DNA of 64,000 nt from Candidatus Kaiserbacteria bacterium. Lineage in GTDB: Bacteria; Patescibacteriota; Minisyncoccia; Phycocordibacterales; JABAAK01. Positions 56,439 through 64,000 of the stretch are shown here, piece after piece; within the stretch, counting starts at the first letter, position 1; every line of letters starts with the position of its first letter. Below the pieces are notes generated by a model that saw only the letters and a program-made list of their open reading frames with translations, searched no databases and was not told where the DNA came from. Position numbers and translations under genes: made by a program. Location: NCBI GenBank assembly GCA_026713605.1, contig JAPOOC010000010.1:10556-74555 (forward strand). The letters run 5' to 3'.

Positions 56439-57803
56439 ATGGAAATTACTCAGGAGGCAGACATTCAAACACTCTGGGATGACGCTTCTAAGGTTGTGAA
56501 AGAATATATATCAGCAAACAGTTTTAACACATGGCTCTCGGGAGTGTACCCACTTAAAATTGATGACGGTGGGAGGACTATTGTTCTTGGTGTGCCGAAC
56601 GAGTTGACCCGAAGTTGGATACAAAAAAACTATCAAGGTATCCTTGCGTCTGAGTTTGTTAAAATTAATCCAAGTATACGCAATGTGAAACTCATTATTT
56701 CGCGCAGAGTTTCAAAAAAACCTCCAAGGTCAGTACCGTCACAAAAAACCGTTCCTCTTGATTTGAAAAGTTTTGATCGCGAAACCAACCTTAACCCTGA
56801 TTTGGTATTTGAGAATTTTATTGTTGCGCCGTACAATCGGTTTGCACACACTGCTGCGCAGGCAATTATGGAAAAGTTTGGCACTTTGTATAATCCGTTT
56901 TATGTGTACGGTCCAACCGGTGTTGGGAAGACCCACCTACTTCAAGCGATTGGCAACAAGATTAAGCGGGTGAACCCGTCAATGAATGTGTTTTACACAA
57001 CAACCGAAGCGTTTATGGAAAACTATATTAACGCTATTAAAAAAGATCGTATCAAGGAGTTTAGAAACACTTACCAGAATTACCAACTCTTTATTATTGA
57101 TGATGTCCATTTCTTGCAGAAAAGTGAATCCACCCTTATTGAGGTGTTTCACTTGTTTAATGCCCTGGTAAACAAAAATGCGCAGATAGTGCTTTCTTCT
57201 GATCAACCACCTGCAGACCTTGAAAAAATGGAGGATAGGATACGAACCCGCCTCAATTCTGGTGTTGTCATAGATATTGAAAAACCGAAGTATGAGGATA
57301 TGCGTATTGTGTGTACTGAAAAAGCAGGTAAAATGGGTATAGATATCACTCAAGATGCGATTGATTATGTTGTTGAGAATATATCGCAGAATATACGGGA
57401 GATTAATGGTGCGCTGAAGAGCATCCATCTGCACATTGTAAACCAAGGAAGCGGGAAAGTTGATATTGTTGATGTTAAAAAATATATCAAGAATCATGTT
57501 CGTGCGAAAACAACCATGTCACATGAGAAAATGATTCAGGTTGTATGTGACTTTTACCAAATAAAGCCCGAGTTGCTGGGAACAAAACTGAGAAAGAAAG
57601 AGGTGGTGCATGCGCGGCAAATTATTATGTATGTCTTTCGAGAGCATTTGAACTTGTCATACTCATTTATTGGCAAGCAGTTTGGTAACCGAGATCACAC
57701 AACCGTTATGCACGCATGCACGAAGATAACAAAAGAGTTGCAGGACAATTCAACCATTCAAAGAGATTTTGAAGTTTTGGTGAAGCGTTTAGATATTGTA
57801 TAG
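56439..57803 (+). CDS. dnaA: chromosomal replication initiator DnaA
   Basis: GPTGVGKTHLLQAIGN Walker A, and C-terminal HTTVMHACTKI DnaA signature. Confidence 0.9.
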   Translation: MEITQEADIQTLWDDASKVVKEYISANSFNTWLSGVYPLKIDDGGRTIVLGVPNELTRSWIQKNYQGILASEFVKINPSIRNVKLIISRRVSKKPPRSVPSQKTVPLDLKSFDRETNLNPDLVFENFIVAPYNRFAHTAAQAIMEKFGTLYNPFYVYGPTGVGKTHLLQAIGNKIKRVNPSMNVFYTTTEAFMENYINAIKKDRIKEFRNTYQNYQLFIIDDVHFLQKSESTLIEVFHLFNALVNKNAQIVLSSDQPPADLEKMEDRIRTRLNSGVVIDIEKPKYEDMRIVCTEKAGKMGIDITQDAIDYVVENISQNIREINGALKSIHLHIVNQGSGKVDIVDVKKYIKNHVRAKTTMSHEKMIQVVCDFYQIKPELLGTKLRKKEVVHARQIIMYVFREHLNLSYSFIGKQFGNRDHTTVMHACTKITKELQDNSTIQRDFEVLVKRLDIV

Positions 57804-58039
57804 CGTAGTGGAAACCGTGTGGATATTGTGGTTATCTTTTCTTTGGTTTTGTGTGTATAACAAGTGTACTGTCGAAATGTTTCCACAGTGGAAATTTTTT
57901 GAGATGTGTTTTTCACAACTTTTTAAAAGTTGTACACACCTTTATACCAATTCATAATTGAAAAAATGTTTTGTATGTCCTGCGCATTTTTTGCTTATAC
58001 ACTTTTGCACATTATTAGTAGTACTAGTATACTTTATAT
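57804..58039. promoter_or_regulatory. putative oriC (dnaA-dnaN intergenic): degenerate DnaA boxes plus AT-rich unwinding region
   Basis: TGTGGATAT (57818..57826) and TGTGGTTAT in tandem, TTCCACAGTGGAAA, TTTTCACAA; strongly AT-rich 57940..58039. Gene-strand polarity switches here. Confidence 0.6.
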
Positions 58040-59149
58040 ATGAAATTAAAAATAAAAACAGATGTATTAAAAAATATAACGAGTACCCTTGCCAAGGTGA
58101 CCGCGAAAGATGGACTCGGGTCTGTGTTCAATGGTGTGCATGTAGAAGTTGCGCAAGAAAAAGTTTTTTTGCAAGCACAGCAGATTGGTTTTGGTGTGCA
58201 GTATGTGTCCGAGGTTGAAGGTGCGGAGGGTGGTTCGATGTTTGTTCCAATACAGGTTCTTGATGGTGTGGTTGGCTCACTTGTTGATACGACCACCACT
58301 GCTGCTTTGCGTGAAAAAAAATTGACCGTCACCACGCATGCCAGCTCTTCTGATGTGTATATTCTTGAAGAAGGGGAGAAGCCGACGATTGGGAAGCCGA
58401 ATGGATCCCCCTTGTTTTCAATACGGCGAGAAGTTTTGGTGCAAGGTTTTAAAGATGTGCAGCATGCTGCCGCTGAGAGTGTTGTTAAGCCGGAAATTGC
58501 CAGTGTGTATATGTACACAAAAGATAACTCTATTTACTTTGTCTCTACCGATGCTTTTCGATTAGCTGAATCTCGTTTTCTTTCTGATGATTCAGTCGAT
58601 ACTGACTTTGAGGTTATCATGCCTATTAAGAATGTTATGAAAGTGCTTCGTATTTTAGAGAGTGTTTCGGATACGATGGTTCACTTGTTTGTACAGGAAG
58701 GGGTGGTGCATTTTCAGACGGACAATGTTTTGATTCAGACAAATAGCGTAAAGGGTTCTTTTCCTGACTATAAGAATATTATGCCGACCGATTTTGATGT
58801 TACTATCACTGCTTTGCGTGGTGATGTTGCAAATTTTCTCAAGAAGGCACGCCTGTTTGCTGACAAGTTGAATAAACTATCGCTGTCTGTTGAGGATGAA
58901 AAAACCATAGCCCTTGAGTTTAGTAATGAGGCCGTTGGTGTTACAAAGAATACCATTCCTGTTGTTATGAAAGGGTCTGTTGATGCACTTCCTTCGTTTA
59001 ATTACAAGTTTGTTACTGATGCGTTGTCAGTTATTACTGATGATCGTGTCGTTCTTAGTGCAGTTAATGATAAAACAAAGCCAATGATGATTCGTGGGGC
59101 AGAGGATACCTCGTTTACTGCTATACTTTCCCCGTTATTGGATAAGTGA
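58040..59149 (+). CDS. dnaN: DNA polymerase III beta sliding clamp
   Basis: 369 aa directly after dnaA and oriC; three-domain clamp-like pattern, N-terminal [12 protein letters not shown]... Confidence 0.8.
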   Translation: MKLKIKTDVLKNITSTLAKVTAKDGLGSVFNGVHVEVAQEKVFLQAQQIGFGVQYVSEVEGAEGGSMFVPIQVLDGVVGSLVDTTTTAALREKKLTVTTHASSSDVYILEEGEKPTIGKPNGSPLFSIRREVLVQGFKDVQHAAAESVVKPEIASVYMYTKDNSIYFVSTDAFRLAESRFLSDDSVDTDFEVIMPIKNVMKVLRILESVSDTMVHLFVQEGVVHFQTDNVLIQTNSVKGSFPDYKNIMPTDFDVTITALRGDVANFLKKARLFADKLNKLSLSVEDEKTIALEFSNEAVGVTKNTIPVVMKGSVDALPSFNYKFVTDALSVITDDRVVLSAVNDKTKPMMIRGAEDTSFTAILSPLLDK

Positions 59150-59184
59150 TTGTATTCCTTGGTGCTATACGGTATACTTGTGCT

Positions 59185-59319
59185 ATGAAGATAAATAGGA
59201 AAAAAAGGGTTAGGAAGCACGGTTTTTTAGCGCGAAGCAGTACGCCATCAGGGCGGCGAGTGCTTGCGCGTCGGCGAGCAAAAGGGAGGAAGCGAGTTGC
59301 TGTTTCGCAATCTCGTTAA
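59185..59319 (+). CDS. rpmH: ribosomal protein L34 (not in the ORF track)
   Basis: Translation [44 protein letters not shown] matches the bL34 consensus (MKRTFQP..KRKR.HGFRAR..T..GR.VL.RRR.KGRKRL); directly upstream of rnpA. Confidence 0.8.
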   Translation: MKINRKKRVRKHGFLARSSTPSGRRVLARRRAKGRKRVAVSQSR

Positions 59320-59335
59320 GTACGCAAATTGTCTG

Positions 59336-59650
59336 ATGAAACTATCATTACGCCGTGAGGAGGTGCAACATATTCTCAAACATGGGAAGCGGTATACCTG
59401 CGATGGTTTTGTTGTCTGTGTGTTGCGATCTGATGCTAGTTCTGGGAGGTTCTCAATACTCATTCCTAAAAAAGTAGCGAAAGGTGCTGTTGCAAGGAAT
59501 AGGGTGCGACGAGTGTTGCGTGATGTGATCTCATGTGTCGGCTATACTGGCAGCGATTTTGTGGTGTTGCATAATAAAAAGCAAGATTCCGAAGAGGTTT
59601 CTAAGGAACACTTGAGAACACTTCTGACAACCATTGCACATACAGTGTGA
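59336..59650 (+). CDS. rnpA: ribonuclease P protein component
   Basis: KHGKRY...FSILIPKKVAKGAVARNRVRRVLRDVI (RNR motif); position after rpmH. Confidence 0.75.
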   Translation: MKLSLRREEVQHILKHGKRYTCDGFVVCVLRSDASSGRFSILIPKKVAKGAVARNRVRRVLRDVISCVGYTGSDFVVLHNKKQDSEEVSKEHLRTLLTTIAHTV

Positions 59651-59662
59651 TGCTGGTGTGGT

Positions 59663-60430
59663 ATGCTGTATATGTTTTTTATGAACATCCTCTTTATCGT
59701 TTTTTATCAACCCATAGCAAACTTGCTGTTTTTTTTGATGGATGTGGTGCGTACTGACAGTATTGTTGTTGGTGTTCTTTTGCTCGTTGTTGTGGTGAAA
59801 CTCATCTTACTACCGAGTTCAATAAAAAATTCAAAAATACAGCAGAAATTGAGTGAAATATCGGGTGACCTGAAGGATATAAAAGAGAACATTAAGGATA
59901 AAAAACAGCAAATGGAAAAAACGCTTGAGGTGTATAAGAGGGTTGGAGTGAATCCGTTTAGCCCAATCGTTTTTTTGTTGCTACAGATTCCTTTTTTTAT
60001 CAGTATATTTTTTGTTACGAAAGATTTGGGTACTATGGGGAATGATTTTTTTGCTACCAAAAATGTGCTGTATGATTTTGTTGCACAACCGGCGCATATT
60101 GATTTTACCCTCAGTTTTGGCTCTTTTTTCCTTGATACTATGCAGAGTGGTGCAATCATTATTGCGGTATTGATAGGTGTTTCGCAATTTGTACTGATGC
60201 ACCAGACGCAGAAGAAGGCCGTTACTACACAGAAAAATATGAAGGCATTGGTGTATGTTCTCCCTATTTTTATTGCTTTTCTGTCTCTCAGTATTGCGGC
60301 GACTATCGGAGTGTATTGGCTGTTCAATAATCTCATATCAATACTGCAGGAGGTTTTTATTAATCGATTCAGCAACGGTGGTGATGTTGCCCCCTCACTC
60401 ACTCCAACTGATCAGGGTGGTACACTGTGA
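59663..60430 (+). CDS. yidC: membrane protein insertase YidC (short, Oxa1-like form)
   Basis: 5 TM helices; conserved NPFSPIVFLLLQIPFFISIF motif; synteny rnpA-yidC. Confidence 0.7.
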   Translation: MLYMFFMNILFIVFYQPIANLLFFLMDVVRTDSIVVGVLLLVVVVKLILLPSSIKNSKIQQKLSEISGDLKDIKENIKDKKQQMEKTLEVYKRVGVNPFSPIVFLLLQIPFFISIFFVTKDLGTMGNDFFATKNVLYDFVAQPAHIDFTLSFGSFFLDTMQSGAIIIAVLIGVSQFVLMHQTQKKAVTTQKNMKALVYVLPIFIAFLSLSIAATIGVYWLFNNLISILQEVFINRFSNGGDVAPSLTPTDQGGTL

Positions 60431-60433
60431 TCG

Positions 60434-60886
60434 ATGGATACTGTTGTGCGATCTCTTGGTGATACGCAAGCATTTGCTGATCGGGCGGTCACCTTTTTGC
60501 GTTCAGTTGAGTGGGCATCTGATCGGGCGGTAGTGGTGGGGTTGTCGGGCAATCTTGGGGCAGGGAAGACGGCATTTGTGCAGTGTGTTGCGAAATCGTT
60601 AGGAATTACTGATGCTGTGACCAGTCCAACTTTCGTATTGCGTGTTGATTACGCTACCACTGATATTGTTTTTAAGAAACTTATTCATATTGATGCGTAT
60701 CGCATAGAGCGTGTTGATGAACTTACTACTATCGGTTGGGACGACATTCTTGCAGAACCAAATACCCTTGTTGTTGTTGAGTGGGCTGATGCGGTCTCTG
60801 ATCGCATGCCCGCCGATGCATGCTCTGTCTCCGTCACGGTTCGTGGTGATGAACGGATTTTTACTACCAGCATGTTTGCTGATTAG
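60434..60886 (+). CDS. tsaE: tRNA threonylcarbamoyladenosine biosynthesis ATPase TsaE
   Basis: GLSGNLGAGKTAFVQ P-loop in a 150-aa protein; typical TsaE. Confidence 0.75.
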   Translation: MDTVVRSLGDTQAFADRAVTFLRSVEWASDRAVVVGLSGNLGAGKTAFVQCVAKSLGITDAVTSPTFVLRVDYATTDIVFKKLIHIDAYRIERVDELTTIGWDDILAEPNTLVVVEWADAVSDRMPADACSVSVTVRGDERIFTTSMFAD

Positions 60887-60957
60887 TGTGCTATCATAAG
60901 AGGTAGTTTGTTTTGATACGCCGTCTTTCAATCTTTTAGAATAAGGGGGATGGGGAA

Positions 60958-61482
60958 ATGAAGTGTGTTTATTCTTATACTTGTCACTCCTATTGCAGTG
61001 GGTATCGTTCTTCTTTTGAGTATCTTGATAAAGTTCCTCCTATCTTTTATGATCGTCATTTTTCTCACCGAATCATGATGTTGGAGAGGAAAAAGCGTTT
61101 TTATTTACTATCTACCTTGACGGGGCCACGAGGGTTTCTGAGAAAATGTGTGCGTCGTATTACGCGAGTGAATTCTTTGCAAGATTGGGAGGTGAAGATG
61201 TTCTTAATGCAGGAGTTTTACTATCAAACTGAGCGGGCAGTTAGTATTGGTTCTCAGTGGTCGTTTCGTTCGTTGGCAAAACCCATCATCAGAATACTCC
61301 AAGACATTTTCCCTTCTGATCATTTTGTTGGTGAAAGATACCTCTCGGAAGTTGAGTCAAGGATTGCTTTAATTGCAGATCGTATTCAGCGGATCAAAAT
61401 TGATCGTATGGAATACGAAAAAGATGTGTGTCGCGCGGTGTTTCCGAGGTTGGCATTGCCTCCAAAAATATTACATGTCTGA
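60958..61482 (+). CDS. hypothetical protein
   Basis: 174-aa ORF, no recognised domain. Confidence 0.3.
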   Translation: MKCVYSYTCHSYCSGYRSSFEYLDKVPPIFYDRHFSHRIMMLERKKRFYLLSTLTGPRGFLRKCVRRITRVNSLQDWEVKMFLMQEFYYQTERAVSIGSQWSFRSLAKPIIRILQDIFPSDHFVGERYLSEVESRIALIADRIQRIKIDRMEYEKDVCRAVFPRLALPPKILHV

Positions 61483-61576
61483 TTCGTATCACACCCTTGA
61501 AACGATTGTTTTGGGGGTGTGTTTTTTATGTCGGGTGGTATACTGAAGGTATTATGTGTGTCCTGCTTCCTTGTGT

Positions 61577-63916
61577 ATGATATTGTATGTTGACACTCTT
61601 GCTCTGTTGTATCGTGCGTACTATGCGGTGCAAGGGTTGGTAGCGAAGGATGGGACACCGACAGGGGCGTTGTTTGGTTTGACGAATTCTCTGTTTCGGA
61701 TTATTGCGGAGATGGAGCCGGAGCATGTTATTGCATGCTTTGATCGTCCAGAGGAGACCTTTCGGCAACAGTCGCACCAAGAGTATAAAGCGAATCGTGA
61801 GATCCCTGAGGAGGATATGATTACACAGATTGAGTTGTCTCGAGAGCTGTTGCAGGCGTACGGGGTACATATCGTTGAAGAGCCAGGGTATGAGGCGGAT
61901 GATCTGTTGGGAACCCTTGCTGTTTCTGATGCGCAGGACGGGAAAGAGGTGGTGATTGTATCGTGTGATGGAGATTTGTTGCAGTTGACGGTGCATGCAG
62001 GAGTGCGTGTGTATTTTTTGCGGAAAGGGATGGCTGATTTTGTGCTCTATGACGAGAAGGAGGTTGAGAAAAAGAATGGCTATCCTGCTGCGCGTATTGT
62101 TGATTATAAGGGGTTGGCGGGGGATAGTTCTGATAATATTGCTGGGGTGCCAGGTATTGGCGATGTGTATGCGAAGCGATTACTTGCTATGTTTGCTGAT
62201 CTTGATGGTGTGTATACAGCGCTTGATGCTGGTGAGGTTCAGGAAAAAGGATTTACGAAACGGGTGGTAACCCTTTTGACAGAAGGGCGGGAGAGTGCTT
62301 TTGTCTCCCGAGAATTGGCAACTATTCACACTGATGTTCCTATTACTGCCCCACACAAAGGGGCGGTGGTGTGGAGAGAGCGGGTTGTATATGCTGATGC
62401 GCGGGCTATGTTGGAGCGGTTTGATTTTTCCTCATTACTGTCGCGACTGGATACGATAGTGGGAGTGCAAGGGGGTGTTGATGGTTCTGCTGTTGAGGAG
62501 AAAGTGCTTCCCCCACCTGACCTTTCGGCAGTTCGAGCGGTTGCAGTTGCGCTGTGGGTACTTGATGCGACCCGGACAAATGCGAGTTTTGAGGATGTGT
62601 GTGCGTACACCGGCAAGCAATCTCTTGAGGAGTCGCTGATGTTTATAGAAAAAAAGTTGCAGGAGGAGAACCTGTTGTCGGTGTGGAGAGATATTGAGCA
62701 ACCACTACTGCCGGTCATTGAGAATATGGAGCAGGTCGGTGTGTGCTTTGATGTTGCTGGTGCGAAGAAGTTGAGTGTGCGGTATACAAAAAAGGTTGTT
62801 ACATTGACGAAAAAGATACATGCGCTTGCCGGGAAGGAGTTTAATATCAGCTCGCCAAAGCAGTTGGGAGAAGTGCTTTACAGCGATCTCGGACTGAAGC
62901 CGAAACGCGCATCCAAGACAGCGACTGGCGGGAAGACCACCAAAGAGGCCGTGCTGTTGCAAATGGTTACTGATCACCCTATTGTCCCTCTTGTTCTTGA
63001 GTATCGGCATTATGAGAAGTTGCGATCCACCTATGTTGATGCATTACCTGACTTTGTTGCTGCTGATGGGCGGATACACACAACCCTGCAGCAGAATGGG
63101 ACGGTGACCGGACGGTTTTCTTCACGAGATCCGAATTTGCAGAATATACCGATTGGTGGTGAAGATGGTACTGCCATTCGTGAACTCTTCATCGCTGCTG
63201 ATGGGTGGGATTTGGTGGCAATTGACTACTCACAAGTTGAGTTGCGGCTTGCAGCTCTTTTGTCGCAAGATAAAGCGTTGTTGGAAGTGTTTCGACAGGG
63301 GGTTGATGTTCATCAGGCGGTTGCATCACGGATGTTTTCTGTGGCACGGGATGTAGTTACGCCAGAACAGCGAAACAGTGCAAAAGCCATTAATTTTGGG
63401 GTGCTGTATGGTATGGGGTCGCAATCGTTGAGCCGCTCACTTAAGGTTTCATTGACAGAGGCAGATGCATTTCTTGCTGATTACAAAAAGGCATTTCCGG
63501 CACTGTTTGACTACCTCGCTGCCATCAAGAAAGAGGTGGCGGAGACCGGGTTTGTGACGACTGCGTTTGGACGAGTGCGCCCTATTGGTGGCATCTCATC
63601 CCCGCTTGCGTATGTGCGGGCACAAGCAGAGCGGACCGCCGCTAACACCGTGATACAGGGTACCGCCGCCGATATTATTAAGTTGGCGATGATTCGGGTT
63701 GCTGCTATGTTGCAAAAAGAGGGGTTAGAGAATGATGTTCGGATGTTGTTGCAAATTCACGACGAGCTGCTGTTTGAGGTTCGTCCGAAAGTCGCTGATG
63801 TGGCGATTCAAAAGATTGTGGAGGTGATGGAGTCAGTATACCCGGAGGATGGGGAGCCGATACGGTTACTGGCAAGTGTGGGGCGGGGCAAGAATTGGGG
63901 GTCGTTGAAAGGTTGA
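61577..63916 (+). CDS. polA: DNA polymerase I (5'-3' exonuclease plus polymerase domains)
   Basis: N-terminal 5'-nuclease (LYRAYYA, GDSSDNIAGVPGIG H3TH), DYSQVELRLAA motif A, KAINFGVLYG motif B, LLQIHDELLFE motif C. Confidence 0.85.
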   Translation: MILYVDTLALLYRAYYAVQGLVAKDGTPTGALFGLTNSLFRIIAEMEPEHVIACFDRPEETFRQQSHQEYKANREIPEEDMITQIELSRELLQAYGVHIVEEPGYEADDLLGTLAVSDAQDGKEVVIVSCDGDLLQLTVHAGVRVYFLRKGMADFVLYDEKEVEKKNGYPAARIVDYKGLAGDSSDNIAGVPGIGDVYAKRLLAMFADLDGVYTALDAGEVQEKGFTKRVVTLLTEGRESAFVSRELATIHTDVPITAPHKGAVVWRERVVYADARAMLERFDFSSLLSRLDTIVGVQGGVDGSAVEEKVLPPPDLSAVRAVAVALWVLDATRTNASFEDVCAYTGKQSLEESLMFIEKKLQEENLLSVWRDIEQPLLPVIENMEQVGVCFDVAGAKKLSVRYTKKVVTLTKKIHALAGKEFNISSPKQLGEVLYSDLGLKPKRASKTATGGKTTKEAVLLQMVTDHPIVPLVLEYRHYEKLRSTYVDALPDFVAADGRIHTTLQQNGTVTGRFSSRDPNLQNIPIGGEDGTAIRELFIAADGWDLVAIDYSQVELRLAALLSQDKALLEVFRQGVDVHQAVASRMFSVARDVVTPEQRNSAKAINFGVLYGMGSQSLSRSLKVSLTEADAFLADYKKAFPALFDYLAAIKKEVAETGFVTTAFGRVRPIGGISSPLAYVRAQAERTAANTVIQGTAADIIKLAMIRVAAMLQKEGLENDVRMLLQIHDELLFEVRPKVADVAIQKIVEVMESVYPEDGEPIRLLASVGRGKNWGSLKG

Positions 63917-64000
63917 GGTTTTTCTGTGGCATTTTGCCATTTTTTATTTACTGCAGCGATTTAAAAGATTTGACTGTGGTTTGGGAGGTGTGCGTTTGGT

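Noticed and set aside
1-64000. Searched for rRNA, RNase P RNA, SRP RNA, transposase or integrase genes
   Set aside because: No convincing candidates were recognised by eye in any intergenic region. Absence cannot be proven without covariance-model searches.

Overview
This 64 kb window looks like a chromosomal segment from a small-genome bacterium with Patescibacteria/CPR-like traits. That lineage call is inference, resting on a class I LysRS, tRNA genes without encoded CCA next to a cca gene, ComEC split into two genes, a VirB4-like ATPase, and many small secreted or membrane proteins. The segment contains the replication origin: the order is recJ, then dnaA, dnaN, rpmH, rnpA, yidC and tsaE. 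A perfect DnaA box lies upstream of dnaA, and an AT-rich region with degenerate boxes lies between dnaA and dnaN. Gene orientation switches at this point, with 46.1 to 56.3 kb mostly on the minus strand and everything from dnaA onward on the plus strand.

The core genes I can support are rdgB, apbE, pepA, class I lysK, cca, a HIT protein, tsaC, a nitroreductase, pgk, tpiA, rpmB, ung, dcd, pyrF, smpB, ftsH, rpsL-rpsG-fusA, a HlyD-FtsX-ATPase export system, a PQQ sugar dehydrogenase and polA. The RNA genes are tRNA-Pro(TGG), tRNA-Pro(CGG), tRNA-Gly(TCC), tRNA-Arg(TCG), tRNA-Leu(CAG) with an adjacent partial tandem copy, tRNA-Ile(TAT), tRNA-His(GTG) with an encoded G-1, tRNA-Arg(TCT), and tmRNA (ssrA) next to smpB.

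The most interesting region is a roughly 7 kb, strongly AT-rich island at about 21.9 to 29.3 kb, beginning about 0.8 kb downstream of tRNA-Ile with one native-GC gene in between. It encodes a standalone ComEC-C-like MBL-fold hydrolase, a 4-TM protein, a MerR-HTH-fused N6-adenine Mod-like methyltransferase, a membrane-anchored NYN-domain protein, and a Res-like DEAH helicase-nuclease. The NYN and Res genes share an identical 5' end. Together this looks like a composite and possibly novel defence locus built around a Type III-like R-M system.

Other notable signals:
- A 97-bp perfect direct repeat flanks a 555-bp single-gene insertion at the 5' end of a membrane flavoprotein gene.
- That flavoprotein sits in a three-gene module with an FMN-binding protein and ApbE.
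- A family of GTGAAAC/GTTTCAC palindromic repeats recurs at three loci.
- A VirB4-like ATPase lies beside a giant LysM membrane protein (carrying an internal 113-bp repeat) and the ComEC channel gene.
- rpmH is present but absent from the ORF track.

No rRNA, CRISPR array, transposase or integrase was recognised.
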